Position numbers and translations under genes: made by a program. Under the pieces are notes generated by a model. The model did no database searches, was not told the DNA's origin, and saw only the letters and a program-made list of their open reading frames with translations. From the NCBI GenBank assembly GCA_030390025.1, contig CM059453.1, positions 7,378,001 through 7,442,000 on the forward strand: a DNA stretch of 64,000 bases, in the 5' to 3' direction. The first letter of the stretch is position 1; every line of letters begins with the position of its first letter. Positions 1-15,500 of this stretch are shown piece after piece. The DNA is from Squalus acanthias (taxonomy: Eukaryota).

Positions 1-147
1 GATTTTGAATAGTATTTAACTGATATTTAAATTGCTAATGTGCTGGGAGGTTTTTAATCAATCAACAAGCAATTTTATGGATGCTTAAGCAATTGCAATG
101 CTTTTTGAATGGATACTTAAAGGCCGTCTAATCTTTTATTTTCTCAG

Positions 148-528
148 CCTTTTGTAGTGTTCAATGTTCTGTTGTGATGCCAAAAGTTGTGTCGGCGGTG
201 TTGGGTTCTTGTGCAGAGATCCCGTGTAAATTTGATAACATAGGCTACATCGCCAACCTGAACGGGCGGTGGATAAAGAGGAATCCTGGTCCTGGAACAC
301 ACAATGACTCCATTATCTATGATTCGAATGATCCATTCAGGCAGCATTATAATTTTAGTGGCAGAGCTGAGTTCAAGGGCAACCTTGAAAAAAGACAATG
401 CTCCCTCCTGATAAAGGATATCCGAAAGAGTGATGAGGGTGCATATCAGTTCATCACAGCCATCACCTCGGGCAGAAATTCTATAACACATCGCATTGCC
501 CGTTCCGAAGTCTTTCTTTCTGTTTTAG
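148..528 (+). CDS. Gene A V-set Ig exon
   Basis: ctcag|cct...ttag|gtgag, 381 nt, phase 1-1; GSCAEIPCKF...W...[18 protein letters not shown]. Confidence 0.9.
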
Positions 529-3500
529 GTGAGTTTGCCATTTATTGTTCTTGTACATTTTTATTCCATTGTTTTAGTATGAATTAACATAGAGTCACAG
601 AGTTATAACGGCACAGAGGGAGGTTATTCGGAACATCGAGTGCGTGCCGGGTCTTTTTAGAGCAATCGAGTCAGTCCCATTTCCCCGCTCTATCCCCGTA
701 GCACTGCAAGTTTATTTCCCTCAAGTGCCTATCCAGTCTCCCCTTGAAAACATTGAGTGTCTCCGCTTCCACCACTTCCGTCGGCAGCAAGTTCCAGGAC
801 CTCACCACTCGCTGCGTTACAACGTTTTTACTCACATTCCCCCTGTATCTCTTGCCCAAAACCTGAATACTGTTTCCTGGTCCTGGTACCATCAACTAGT
901 AGTAACAGCCTTTCCCCGTCTAGCCTATCCAAACCCGTCATAATATTGTACATCTCTATCAAATCACCCCTCAACCTCCTTTGCTCTAATGAAAACTAAT
1001 CCAGATTCTCTAAGCTGTCCTGTTAGTTAAGATCCCCCATCTGCCGGAACCATTCTGGTAAATCTCCTCTGCACCCTCTCCAGGGCCTTCACATCCTATT
1101 TGTAAAGTGGGCAATTTTTTTGATTTCTCTGGCCGAACATTAAGGTTAGTGGAAACATAGCGGACAGGGGTACTGATAAGAGACGCAGGCATTCATATAT
1201 TAAACACAGAGGTATATAGAAATTACAGCAGTAAATCAGGCCGTTCGGCACAGACAGCCCGTGTTGCTGTTTGTACTTCACATGAGCAACACTCCGAATG
1301 GCATGTGCCTGCTCAGTTCCCACATCTCTTTATTGCAATTCCCTTCCAACACCTGTCGAGCCTATTCTGAAATGTCCACATGAGGATACATTTACTAAGT
1401 GTTGACTGAACCTAAAGCTGACATTGTTGATCGTACTTATAATACATAAACCAGCAGCTCATTAGTTACAATGAAATGAAAGGTAATGGAACTAGGTTGG
1501 TTGCTAGAATGGGTGACTTGTCTGGAATGACAGTTTTAACCAGGGCGGCCATTTCAAATTCTATCTCAGTCTGCTTCTTTCTCCTCTGTCCAGATGCTTC
1601 AAAAGTTTAAGCACTTCTGTCAAATCATCCCAAAATCTCTTTTCGCCTAATAAAATCTGGCTCAATTTTTAAATAATTGTACTTCATCATACCAGACAGA
1701 AACTACGCGAATCAACCCTGTAGCCTTCCTATAGACTGGCGCCCAATACCCGTATTCTTACTCCAAATGCGAACTAACTACTGTTCTCTTTTGAATCGCC
1801 ACTAATCTCGAATTTATATTTCAGAACTCCTGCCATTAAACTCAGAGCTCCAGAAACATTTTCATACACTTTTACACTGGAGGTGCTGCTTTTACTGTCT
1901 TATGAAGCTGACCCCAAATTCCTCTGCTCTTCCACATCTCCCAGCTTCCTACGGTCCAAATTAACATCTACCACCTCATATTTTCTGATCTTGAATTATA
2001 TCTGCCTCTTATGTCCCCATTCTACAATATCTCTAGTATCCGTTTGTAACTCCCTTTAGTTCTCTAGTTATTTCCTGGGAGTTGTACTTGCAACTTTTTC
2101 ATGGTTGTTAAACTGGCGATATTGGATGCGCCTCTCATTGTACACACTGCCCAATGTTCATGTTGTTGGAATCTAATTAACTCGTAACGGGAAATTTGGA
2201 CATCAGTCTCTTTAGCGCCTTCTCCAAATTATTTTCTCCAAAAAAAAGTAAAATTTTTAAAGTTTATGGTTTTCCATACAGACTGCAGCATTTGACACAT
2301 TAGACCCCCTCTAACCCCACCTCATTGTCTCAGTTGTATCTTGCTATGTCTTTGATGTGGTGCCTTCCTTGCTGACCTGATTGTTTCTCTGCCGAGGTGT
2401 GACAAAAGGCACTCAGGAGGATTAAATGTAGTCGTCTGACTTGTATGCTACACATGCATTGTTCTCTATCTATATATGCTTTGTCGTTTCGTATTCCTTT
2501 ACTTCACCTGACGAAGGTGCAGCAGCTCCGAAAGCTTGTGATTTCAAATAAAACTGCAATGGCTATAACCTGGTGTTGTGCGACTTCTCACTAATGTCCA
2601 CCCCATTCCAACACCGGCATCTCCGCATCATGGCAAATTGTTGATGCACACAGTGAGTAAAAGCAATCCCACAGCACAGCTCTGTGGGACACCGTACTCA
2701 GATCCAACCATTCTGAGCAACTGCACTTAACGGCGACTGACTGCATCGTCCCTTCTAAACAGTTTATTTTGCAATTTCGACATTATCCTTAATTCCAAAT
2801 ATCTTAATATATTCTCCAATAATCTCCCTGTGTTTACCGTCGACAATGGCTGGCTGATTACATTTCAAGTTACATTTTGCTGAAGCGTCTTTTGACGTCG
2901 CCAGGAGTCAAATGGCGCTGAATTAATGCAGTCTTTGTTCGTGCCTTTCCCTATCCAGCGCTCATTTACCCCGCTTTTAATAAGATCTTAATTAAAAAGT
3001 AGATATTTCAGTAATGTGAAAATCAGTTCAAGTTATAATTTATTTGTTCTTTCTAATCCATCGTCAACAAATGATAGTTCTGCTGAAGCCTTCATGAGAT
3101 TCATACGCGAGGAAACTGCCCTTTGTCTGGTCTGTCCCTTTCTTGAGCATTGTCGTTCTCCATTGACGTTTATTGGCAACAGAATCGAGATCTCTCTGGG
3201 TCTGCATTAGTCACCATCATATTGGCAGGTACTCGTGCAGAAGGAATCATAAGAGTGGATGAAATATTCGTGACATTTGAGGAGTTAACGTTGATTCTAT
3301 GTCCAGCCTGCAAAATCTGTTCATTGGAGAATATCCGTGATACATAAAATTTAGGAGACATAACGACTAATGTTTAATTAAGTGGGGCCACATGTTACCT
3401 GATGAGGCCTCATACTAAATTACAACTGCGAGGAGTAATTCAGAATGGAGAACACACTTGCAACATGTAGCAGAGAAAAATAAAAAAAAATGATTTTCTT

Positions 3501-6500
3501 GTTTCTTCTTTCTCAGATTTAGTTGTAAGCCATCAGTCGCCCGTTTTAACATTGAAATGTACCTAACAAGCTGGTTTTCTCCCGTTTTTATAGAAAAGCC
3601 AGAGATTTTAGGTTATGGGGAATTGACCGCTGGACAAACTGCACGAATGACCTGTTCTGTCACCCACAACTGCCCGGATGGCAACCTGAAACTGAAGTGG
3701 ATTAATTACAATGTGTCCCTTCCTCCCGCAATGGATACTCAAGATGGAGCAGAAATTAGCAATGAAAGTTCAGGTTCTCGGACAGTTTCATCCGTGATCA
3801 TCTTCACACCATCATCTGCTAATGACGGGAATATTCTGGGATGCACAATTCTAATTGATGGTATCACAACTCCATCAGCACAATATTTTACCTTGGAGAT
3901 TAAATGTAAGTCATAGAGTCATAGAGTTATACAGCACATAAACAGGCTCTCCGGCCTATCGTGTCCACGCCGGCCATCAAGCCTTGTCTATTGTAATCCC
4001 ATTTTCCAGCACTCGGACCGTAGCCTTGTATGCTATGGCGTTTCAAGTGCACATCTAAATGCTTCTTGAATTTTGTGAGGGTTCCTGCTTCTACGATCCT
4101 TTCAGGCAGTGAGTTCCAGATTCCAACCACACTTTGGGTGAAATTTTTTTTCCTCAAATCCGCTCTAAACCTACTGCCCCTTACCTTGAGACTATGCCCC
4201 CTGGTTATTGACCCCTCTACTAAGGGGAAAAGATCCTTTCTATCGACCCTATCTATGACAAACATAATTTTGTACACCTCAATCAGGTCACCACGCAGCC
4301 TTCTCTTCTCTAGGGAAAACAACCCCAGCCTGTCCAGTCTCTCATCATAGCTGAAGCGCTCCAGCCCAGGTAACATCCTGGTGAATCTCCTCTGCACTCT
4401 CTCCAATGCAATCACATCCTTCGTCTAGTGTGGCGACAAGAACTGCTCACAGTATTTCAGCTGTGGCCTAACTAACGTTTTGTTTAGCTCCATCATATCC
4501 TCCCTGCTGTTATATTCTATGCCTCGGCTAATGAAGTCAACATTTCCATATGTCTTTTTAACGACCTTATCTACCTGTCCTGTTGCCATCAGGGATATAT
4601 ATACATGCACACCAAGGTCCCTCTGATCCTCTGTCCTTCCGAGGGTCTTACCACTCATTGTGTATTCCCTTGCCTTAATAGTCCTCTAAAAATGAATGTC
4701 TTGCTGCAGCTGTACAGGGCCTTGGTGAGGCCACATCTTAAGTACTGTGTGCAGTTTTGGTCGCCTTATCTGAGGAAGGATGTTCTTGCCATGGAGGGAG
4801 TGCACCGAAGATTCACCAGGCTGATACCTGGGATGGCAGGAATCTCGTATGAGGAGAGATTGGGTCGGTTGGGCTGAAACTCGCTGGAGTTTAGATGAAT
4901 GAGAGGGGAACTTATATAAACTTCTAAAATTCTAACAGGACTAGACAGACTAGATGCAGGAAGGATGTTCCCGATGGCCGGGGAGTCCAGAACCACGGGT
5001 CAGAGTCTAAGGATATGGGGTGAGCCATTTAGGACTGAGATGAGGAGGAATTTCTTCACCCAGAGAGTGGTGAACCTGTGGAATTCTCTACCACAGAAGG
5101 CAGTAGAGGCCAATTCATTAAATATATTCAAGAAGGAGTTAGATATATTTCTTCAAGCTAAAGGGATCGAGGTATATGGAGAGAAGGCAGGGACAGGGTA
5201 CTGAATTTGGACGATCAGCCATAATCTCATTGAATGGCGAAGCAGGCTCGAGCGGCTGAATGTCCTCCTCCTGCTCCTATCTTCTATGTTTCTATGTTTC
5301 TAAATGCATCACCCCACACTTTTCAGGGTTACATTCCTTTTGCCACTGTTGTGCTCATCTAACCATCCCTTCTATACCGTCCTGTAGCCTGAGGCTTCCC
5401 TCCCCGCTCCACCAATTTTCGTGTCATCTGCGAACTTTCTGATCATACCTCCTACATTCATATGTAAATCATGAATGTAGACTACAAACAGCAAAGGACC
5501 CAGCACCGATCCCTGCGGTACACCAATGGACACAGGCGTCCAGTCACAAAAACAACCTTCGACCATCACCATCTGCCTCCTGCCACTAAGCCAATTTTGA
5601 ATCCAATGTGCCAAATTGCCCTGGATCCCATGGGCTCTTATCTTCTTGACCAGTCTCCCATGAGGGACTTTGTCAAAATCCTTCCTGAAGTCCATGTAGA
5701 CTACAGCAACTGCACTACCCTCATCCGCACACCTAATCACCCCCTCGAAAAATTCAATCAAATTGGTCAGACATGATCTCCCCCTGATACAGCCATGCAG
5801 ATTATCCTTGATTAATCCTTGCCTCTTCAAGTGGAGACTAATTCTGTCCCTCAGAATTTTTCCAATAACTTCCCTACCACCGATGTTAGGCTCAATAGCC
5901 TATATTTCCCTGGTTCATCCCTACTAGCCTTCTTGAATAATGGTACTACGTTAGCTTTTCTCCAGTCCTCTGGCACCTCCCCTGTGGCCAGAGAGGTTCT
6001 GAAAATTTGTGTCAGTGCCCCTGCAATCTCTTCCCTTGCCTCACACAGCAGCCTGGGATACATCCCGTCAGGGCCTGGGGAGTTATCCACATGTAAGCCC
6101 GCTAAAAACGTTAGTACCTCCTCCATCTCAATACTAATTTGTTCAAGTATATCCCCCTGCCTGATTGCTATATCTACATCACCCTTCTCCATCGTAAACA
6201 CTTCTGCAAAATATTCATTTAAAACCTCACCTACATCTTCCGGCTCTACATTCAGATTGCCACGTTGGTCCCTAATGGGCCCTACTCTTTGCCGCGTTAT
6301 CCTCCTGTCCTTAATATACTTAGAAAACATCTTGGGATTTTCCATTATTTTGCCCGCCAGTGTTTTTTCATGCCCCAGCTTCGCTCTCCTAATTTATATT
6401 TTTAAGTACCCCCTGCGCATTATATACTCCTTTAGGGCTTCCACTGTTTTTAGCCGTTTGTGTCTGCCAAAAGCCTCCCTTTGGACCTAATCCATTCTTG

Positions 6501-9500
6501 TATGTCCCTTGTCATCCAGGGTTCCCTCGGCTTTTTGGTCCCACCCTTGACCTTGACGGGAACATGTTGGTGTTGTACTCTCTCTATTTCGTTTCTTAAA
6601 GACTCCCACTGCTCTGATGTGGATGTTCCTGCAAGTAGCTGATCCCAGTCCACTTTGGCCAGATCCTGCCTTAACATATTAAAATCGGCCTTCCCCCAAT
6701 TTAGAACCTTTATTTCCGGTCCATCTTTATTCTTTTCCATGACTACCTTAAATCTCACCGAATTATGTTCACTGTCACAAAAATGAACTCCTACTGATAT
6801 TTCTACCACTTGCCCAGCTACATTCCCCAGAATTAGGTCCAGTACCGCCCCCTCTCTTGTAGGACTTTCTACATGCTGGCTCAAAAAGCTCTCCTGGATG
6901 CTCTTTAAGAATTCTGAATCCCTCTAAGCCTTTCACACTGTGACTATTCCAGTTAATACTCGGGTAGTTGAAATCCCCTACTATTATTACCCTATTATTT
7001 CTACACTTCTCTGAGATTTGCCTACATATCTGTTCCACTTCTCCCCCTGAATGTATGGGGTCCTATAGTACACTCCCAGCAAAGTGCTTGCACCCTTTTT
7101 TGTTTTTAAGTTCTACCCATATGGCCTCATTAGAGGAACCTGCTCAGATATCATCCCAGTTTACAGCATTAATTGTCTCCTTGAATAATATTGCGGCACC
7201 CCCTCCACTTTTACAGCCCCCTCTCTCTCGCCTGAAGATTATACACCTCGGAATATTGAGCTGCTAGTCCTGCCCCTCCCTCAACCATGTCTCTGTGATA
7301 ATAACAATATCATACTCCCATGCGTTCATCAACACCTTCAATTCATCTGCCTTACTCGCAAGACTCCTTGCATTAAAATAAATGACATCCAGCCTTGCCA
7401 TACTACCTTGTGCCGTTATATATTTGCTCTGCCTTCCAGGCTGACTTGTTTTTTCCTGTATATTTGGCTGTGCATCACCCCCTACTATAGCTCCACTCCT
7501 TATCCCATCCCCCTGCCAAGTCAGTTTAACGCCCCCCCCCCCCCCACCACCCCAAAAGTACTAGCAAACCTCCCCGCAAGTATGTTGGACCCGTCCCGGT
7601 TCAGGTGCAACCCGTCCGAGTTGTACAGGTCCCACCTTCCCCAGAAGCAGACCCAGTGATCCAGGAAAATATAGCCCTCCCTCCTGCACAAACTCTTTTG
7701 CAACGTATTCATCTGCTCCACCCTCCTATTCCTATACTCACTAGCACGTGGCACCGGGAGTAATCCAGAGATTACAACTTTTGAGGTCCTGCTTTTTAAT
7801 CTTCTACCGAGCTCCCTAAATTTTGGTTGCAGGCCCTCATCCCTCTTTCTACCCATGTCGTTGGTACCAATGTGAACCACGACCTCTGACCTTCAGAAGG
7901 CCTTCAGTCGTTCAGTGACATCCTTGACCCTGGCACCAGAGAGGCAACATACGACCCTGGAGTCACGTCTGCGGCCACAGAAACGTCTATCTGTTCCACG
8001 TACGTTAGAATCCCCTATCACTATTGCTCTCCCACTCTTTTTCCTCCCCTCCTGTGCAGCTGAGCCACGACCAGTGCCACGGACTTGGCTCTTGTTGCAT
8101 TCCCCTGAGCAACCTTCGCCCCCATCAGTATCCAAAATGGAAAATCTGTTGGAGAGGGAGATGTTCCCAGGGGACTCCTGCACTATGTTCCTCAATCTTT
8201 TACTCTGTCTGGTGGTCACCCATTTCCTGTCTGCCTGCGCACTCTTTACCTGCGGTGTGACTACCTCGTTAAACGTGCTATCCACGAAGATCTCTGCTTC
8301 GCAGATGCTCCACAGCGACTCCAGCCACAGCTCCAGCTCCGAAACGCAGATTTCGAGTAGCTGCAGCTGGAGACACTTCCTGCACACCTGTTCGCACTGG
8401 ACACAGAAAGTGTCCCTGACTCCCACAGAACACAGGAGGAGCACTCCACGCTGCCGACCTGCCCTGCCATGTCCTACCCGTAATTTACTACATTTACTTC
8501 CTTTAATTTAACGAATATTAATTACACTAGGGACCTTACTTCCCTTTAAACACTACTTAATCTAAACTAGAGACCTTACTTTTTCTTTAACAAATGGACT
8601 GTAGAAATACTCACCAGCTCCTACTTACCAATCAGCTCCTTCCCAGGTTATGACGTCACTTTAGCGGTTTCGCAGTTGTTGTTGTTTGACTGCACCCGCT
8701 CTCGGACTCTTTCCTTGGTGTAAAGTAAGAACCAATTCCCAACTCACAGCACTCTGCTTAAACCGCACTTTTATTTTTCTCCAGATGCGGTTGCGGGATG
8801 TCACAGAGCCGAACTCCCGCTGGTTCTCTGTCCGCTCTTGTGCAGCTTTTTAGCTCCTGCTATCATGGAAGCTGAGAAAGACAGAAAAAGAAAGGAACAG
8901 CTCCCTCCCCGAACTCCCTCACTAACCAAACTCGCAGCTTAACACTCTGTTCCGAGCTGCACTACGTGACAAACTGCACTAAGTGTCCGGTCCAAAGTAA
9001 ACAGGCTTATCCTGTCGGCCAACGGGCACAACATTTGCACTTTTGCCACAAGTAATTTATCAGGAATTAGAACTTCATCAAAGAATGCATCATGAAAAGC
9101 TCAGCCTCTGTAGCAGGGGAGCTCACTTCGATAATAAATGGTTCGGAATGGCTCTCATCTAATTCGCATCAGTCATATTACATTAGAAACATTCATAACC
9201 ATGAATCAATGATGGTCCCTCCAACAGATTTTTTAAAGTGATTGTTAATCTTTATTCTAAGAACTTCCAGTCAGGTTCTGAGTTTAGTCAGTTATAAATG
9301 GAAGCAACAAAGGCCATGCCGAGTTAGGATCTGAATCTATGGCACCAGGTCTCACCTTTGGTTGGGCTTAATAAGAACTTAAGGATTAGGAAAAGGAGTA
9401 GGCAATACGGCCCTTCGAGCCTGCTCCGCCACTCCGGCAATCATGGCTGATCATGGAACTCAACTCCAATTTCCCGACCGATCGCCATACCCAATATAAT

Positions 9501-12500
9501 GAATTAATTATGAGCTTAATTATGCTTATTCGGCAATCACGTTTCTCGTTAACGCCTGTTTTAGATGGACTGGAAATCACAACCGTCAACTCCTCTTTTG
9601 CAGCTGTGGAAGGAAGTTCATTGTTATTATACTGCAGGGCCTGGGGGAAACCCCTGGTCAGTTTAAGGTGGGTGAAAAATGGTGAAGAGACCAGCAGGTC
9701 TTCCACTGGTGAACTAAAGCAGATATTCCACAACATTCGTTCTGAGGACGACGGTGAATATTGGTGCATAGCTGAAAATGCCCTGGGCACCGCCAATCGC
9801 TCCACACAGATTTCAGTACAATGTAAGTATGTATGAATTTATCAATTAGAGAGTAGCCTTTCATTTCACGAACTCTGGATTAAATTCCAATTTCTCTTGC
9901 CTGCTTGCTGGAGGGCGACCATGTGCATGAGTTTGGGATGGTTTCACCTCTTTGCGCGGAAATAGCGGCAAACTACCTCGATGGCTCCAATAATGGAAAC
10001 TAACCTGCATCTCGCTCAGTATGACAGGAGTGGAATATTGCTCAATTTCTCATAAATGCAGCGGGTCTTACATTTATGAGGTTGCGACACAAGCTCATTT
10101 CCTGGGACCATTAATCTACAACTAATTGTTCATAAATTATACTCGTCGTCTGAAATAATCAATTTTCCAATCTATAGAACTGACATGTAGCAATTTGAGG
10201 AGCACAAATTCTCTCAAAAAAAGTGAGATAAAATGGTGTTATCAAACTACTTTTACTTGTATTAACATTGAGTTAATAGTGTAATGTTCTCGAGACTTGA
10301 TTCTTTGAATTGTCGCTTGTTATCCGGAGGATAATTGAAGAATCACGTCAGTCCACCACAAATGAAATGTTTAAATCAGTACACAAAGTGAAGAAATTGA
10401 AATGAATTGAACTTTTAAAACATTGACGGGTGTGACACGTTTGTGGGTATATTATACATAATTAAAACTCTGAGCTAGCTCCGTCTGAGGGTCCCTCACA
10501 ACATCTGTCAGGAGATGTACTGAAAGACTGAACACTCGTTGTATTTAATATGGAATTGTTCATAACGAGCTCACCTGTTATAAGTGAAAATATAATAAGC
10601 CATGAACTGTTGCAACATAGGCTGCTTCATCTTAACATATAACAACCAGAACCATTATGGTTAGTTCAAGTCATTACGTAATTGTAGTTCGACACTGCAA
10701 CTGTTTACATGATCATTCCCGATTGAAGTTTCCATTATTTTTAGATAAACCCACAATTGCAGCAGGCCCGACATGCACCAACTCTGAGAATTGGACGGAT
10801 TGTAGCTGCCGGATCAGAGCCAATCCCCCGGGAAACATCACGTGGTGCCTCAATGGGAGAATTCTCACTGGGGACAGGTCAGATGTGGAAATCATCTCCT
10901 GGGCAGTGAATAGTCACCTCATGGAGAGCTCCCTGAGACTGACTCACCCAACCGGAACCGGAAACCTGATCTCATGTGTTGCAGCAAACGAGCACGGTGA
11001 TTATGTCAGTAAATACCAGCTCCACTCTAAGGGTACGTGTTGAATCTGCCTGTAATTTAATACTATAAGGGAGTTGGTCCATCATGGTCAGTCACTACCT
11101 GAACGGTGTTAGTGTCAGCAAATACCAGCTCCATTAATCAGGTCCATACTGAATCTATATCCAATTAGTGTAAGGACCTCTTTCCATCAGTGGTCAATCA
11201 GCAACTGAAAGGTGGCGTCGGCATCATCCATTTGAACTTTCAGTCTTCTGAAACTTGTTCGGTTCATATTTTCAAGATAAGATGGAATTATCTGAGCACC
11301 AGAAGTAGCCAGTGATCTTGGAAAACAAATTCTTGTGAAATAAGCTATTTTTTTTCGAAAATCCAATTTGCTCTCAATACATGATAGCAAACTGCAATCG
11401 ACCAGTTTGTAGATACATGCTCATCTCTATCTTGTCCAAACTCATTTGAGTATGTAACGCAGACATATAATAAACTAAGCGAAATTGAATTATCTCCATA
11501 GATTATAAATCTTACCGCTGTAATTGGTGACCTTGGCGGGCCTGTATTCAGCTTAGATTATGTCCACTGATTTTCCGAGGGTGGGTTGTCGCGTGAAGTT
11601 AATTTGTCAATTGAGATTTTGACATCAGCGAATCTTCAATTATTAATTCCAATTTACACCAGGATGCAACACAGGAATAAAAGGCTTTTACGCAAGGATC
11701 ATGAGGTTCAGACATGTGGAGTATCTAATTTACCACTAGCTTTGAATCCGAACATAAAGGAAACGTGCTTCTTTACACTCATAAAAGTGCTTCTAAGATT
11801 GTTGTTTAAACCCAACTTCGTAATGTTCATCAATGTTTTTTCCCCAACATTTTAGGAATATTCTCCACGACAACCGTCCTCATAATAGGAGGAGGAGCCA
11901 CAGGGTTTGTTATTCTAATTGCAGTCGTGCTCACGCTGAAGATACAAAGGTATGTGTTATTATAAATTTGATAGAATTGTGTTTTAAAGATGACCCTTTC
12001 GGCCAGTGATTGTTTTCACCTCCGGTGTATTCTGTATAAAGTTTGCAGCATGCTCAAAAATAGGCGGAGAATCCCTGTCAGTTTGTTTCTGCTGCTACTT
12101 TTAAGGGGCCCCCTCACACGAGTCCCCTTGCCATGTCACGCTCTAAGGACAGTACTACACAAGAATGATACTTAAATTCTAACAATCAAGCTAGTCCAGC
12201 AAACAGCTAAACAAGAAGCAAAAAAGTCACGTGAAATATACTTTTACAGTCGTTGTTAAGTTTGTTTGACTCCAGGAGTAGAACATTATATTTCAAAATT
12301 GGGTGTGAATGATGTACTAAAGCATGAAACATGCAATTATTTATGTTGCCCTTGTTATCTTATTCTTTCCGGTGACTTAAGCTACTTGATCTGACTAGCT
12401 CTCACTGAAAGCCGTAGACAGACTCCCTTCTTTTAAAATGCAGGCTGATAATTACCTTCAGAATTGTGACCGGCTCCCAGTGAATTAAAATAACAACCAG

Positions 12501-15500
12501 ATCGGTTTACAATCTGCTGCCTATCAAATTTATCCTTCAACCAATCGGACAGGATGTTTATATTTGACATCTATGACGTTGCTCGTCGGATAGGTGCCGC
12601 CCCTCAACAGCTAATGATTCGACAAAAAACGAAACAAAATGAACCACAACACTCTTGTGAGTGGTGCTAGCTTTTACAGCTTCATGTACCATGATATATT
12701 TAAAGAAGGAAATTCCATGTTTAATAATATGAACTAATCAATGATCGCAAAATGATTGATGAGGAGGATTGATTTATTCCTGATTTCTAACTCCAATGTG
12801 TTGAAGTGTTCTACCTAATAATAGAAAGGACTGTGTTGACACATTGAAACACTTGCATCTGCTATTTACCCATTTTGAAATCATTAATAAACCTCCCACA
12901 GACCGTTATTTATCACACCCAACTTTCACCGAGAGCAATCAGCACCGTGCCGTTAACGTATATTATCGATAAAGTAAAATGTTCCCTTTTGAAATGTTGG
13001 TTGGTGGAAATTGAAAAGAATTGGTTTTCGGATCTGGTCTGCGCTAATCAGGAGAAGTAAAAGCCACAAGGTGCCACATAAAAGGTTAGAACACAAGATT
13101 AGGACTCATGGGGTTGAGGCAAATATAGTAGCATAGGTAGTGGGTTCGTTAACCGACAGAAAACAGACAGTAGGTATAAACGGATCTTTTTCAGGTTGGC
13201 AGGTTGCAACTAGTGGGGTGCCGCAAGGATCACTGTTGTAGCCTCAGCAATTTACAATCTGTATTAATGACCTAGATGAAGGGACCGAGTGTAATGTATT
13301 CAAGTTTGTTGATACAAAGCTAGGTGGGACAGTAAGCTGTGAGGACAACACAAAGAGTCTGCAAAGGGATATAGATAGATTAAGTGAGTGGGCAGTAAGA
13401 TGGCAGATGGAGTATAATGTAGGGAAACGTGAGGTTATTCTCTTTGGTAGGAAGAATAGAAAAACAGAATATTTTTTAAATGGTAAGAAACTTTTAAATG
13501 TTGGTTGTTCAGAAAGATTTGGCTGTCCTCGTGCAAGAAAGACAGAAAGCTGGCATGCAGTTACAAAAAGCATTAAGGAAGGCAAATGGCATTTTGTCCT
13601 TTATTGCAAGGGGTTTGGAGTATAAGAGTAAGGAAGTTTTGCTACAATTGTACAGGTAAGAACACACCTGGAGTACTGTGCACAATTTTGGTCTCCTCTA
13701 AGGAAAGATATACTTGCCTTCGTGACAGTGCAACGAAGTTTCATTAGATTGATTCCTGGGATGAAAGGGCTGTCCGATGGTGAGAGTTTGTGTAGAATGG
13801 GCCTATACTATCTGGAGTATAGAAAGATGAGATGATCTAATTGCAACATACAAGATTCTAAAAGGGAATGACAGGTTAGATGCTGAGAGATTGTTTCCCC
13901 TGGCTGGAGTGTCTAGAACTCTGGGGGATAGTCCCAGGATATGGGGTCGTCGATTTAAGACCGAGTTGAGGAGGAATTTCTTCACGCAGTGGGTTGTGAA
14001 TCTTTGGAATTCCCTGCCCCAGAGGGCTGTGAATTTAGAGTCTTTGATTATTTTCAAGGCTGAGATAAATACATTTTTGGACTCTACGAGAGTCAAGGTC
14101 TACGGACATGGTTTGGGAAAGTGAAGTTGAGGTAAATGATCAGCCATTATCTTATTGAATGGAGGAGCAGGCTTGCGGGGCTCGAATGGCCTACTCCTGC
14201 CTTTATTTCTTATGTTCTTATGTTCTTAAGTCTTTCGTGACCTACTGACGTCCTTCATCGCGCAAGCGCCGTGTATTTTCACTAAACATTCCAGTTAATT
14301 ATCAGAAGTGCCTAATTTGCATGTTTTATTGTTCAGAAAGAAACACGAAGAAGCTGCACGTGTCTCCGAAACACACGATGATTTGGTGATTTACAGTACG
14401 GTGCAGAAGGTACTAAACACTGAAGTAAGTGAAGCCAAGCTGGGCTGCAAATTGTAGTATGGTTTTAGTGCTTTCAACCAGCAAGTAACTCATAACTGGC
14501 ATTACCCAACAGATAAACTGGAGTGTCAGAAACGTGTTGCCCATTAAGGGAGGATTAACCGCCTCAGGTCGCTAAGAGTGCAACATAGCTACAGACTCTA
14601 AGTGTAGTGACCGACTAAATCCAATTAGGGAGTATTTCTCACCTTGGCGTTCCTTCAAAAACCAAATTCTTAATATAGGAATGCGTTTCCAATGTCATCT
14701 TACCCCCTACGAATTAGGTCTCATCTGTTAAATGCCCAACAAGCTCACGAAGTGTCAGCGACCCCAGAGGTGATAATCGTTGCCATTCCTCAGGTTTATG
14801 TGTAACTCCAATTTGCATCTTGCTGCCGATGTGGGCCCCATGTTCTCCACCTTTCCGCAAGAAGGCTGTGGCTTCAAGCTTCGCTTCAGCATCTGAACCG
14901 ATAATCTGGACTGAAACTTCATTTCAACACTGAAAGGTGTGCAGCATTGCCAGAAGACCCGTCCTTTTGTATTAGATGATAAACGAAGCCCCGGTTGTTT
15001 CTTGCTATGGAGGGAATCGATCATTTGGTCCTATTGTGGGGACGAATGAGAGTTTTCCCAGTGCCCTTACTAACATTTCTCCTTCAATGAACACCAGCTA
15101 ACACAGATTAAGTCGCCATTCATCCATTTAACTGGTTGCTGCATATTTTCTACAACAGCGGCTGGAATTCAAAATATATTAATTGCATAGCAGTGCTTCG
15201 GTCTTAATAATCACAGAATCATACAGCCCAGAAGTAGCCATTCAGCCCGCGGTGCCAATGCTGGCTCTTTTAAAGAGCTATCCAATTGGTTACACTATTC
15301 TGCTCTTTGACCTTAGCCTTGATTTGATTTTTTTTCCATGTTCACGCGTATATCAAATTCCCTTTTGAAAGTCACTGTTGAATATGCTGCCACCGACCTA
15401 CATGCAGCTCATTCCAGATCACAAATCGCCTTGCTAAAAAAAAACCTTCTCACCTCCTATTTGGATCTTGTCCCAAATATCTTCAATCTGTGTCCTCTGG

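Noticed and set aside
5819-8511. Long + strand ORFs of 223 aa and 198 aa
   Set aside because: Antisense shadows of the CR1 ORF2 and ORF1
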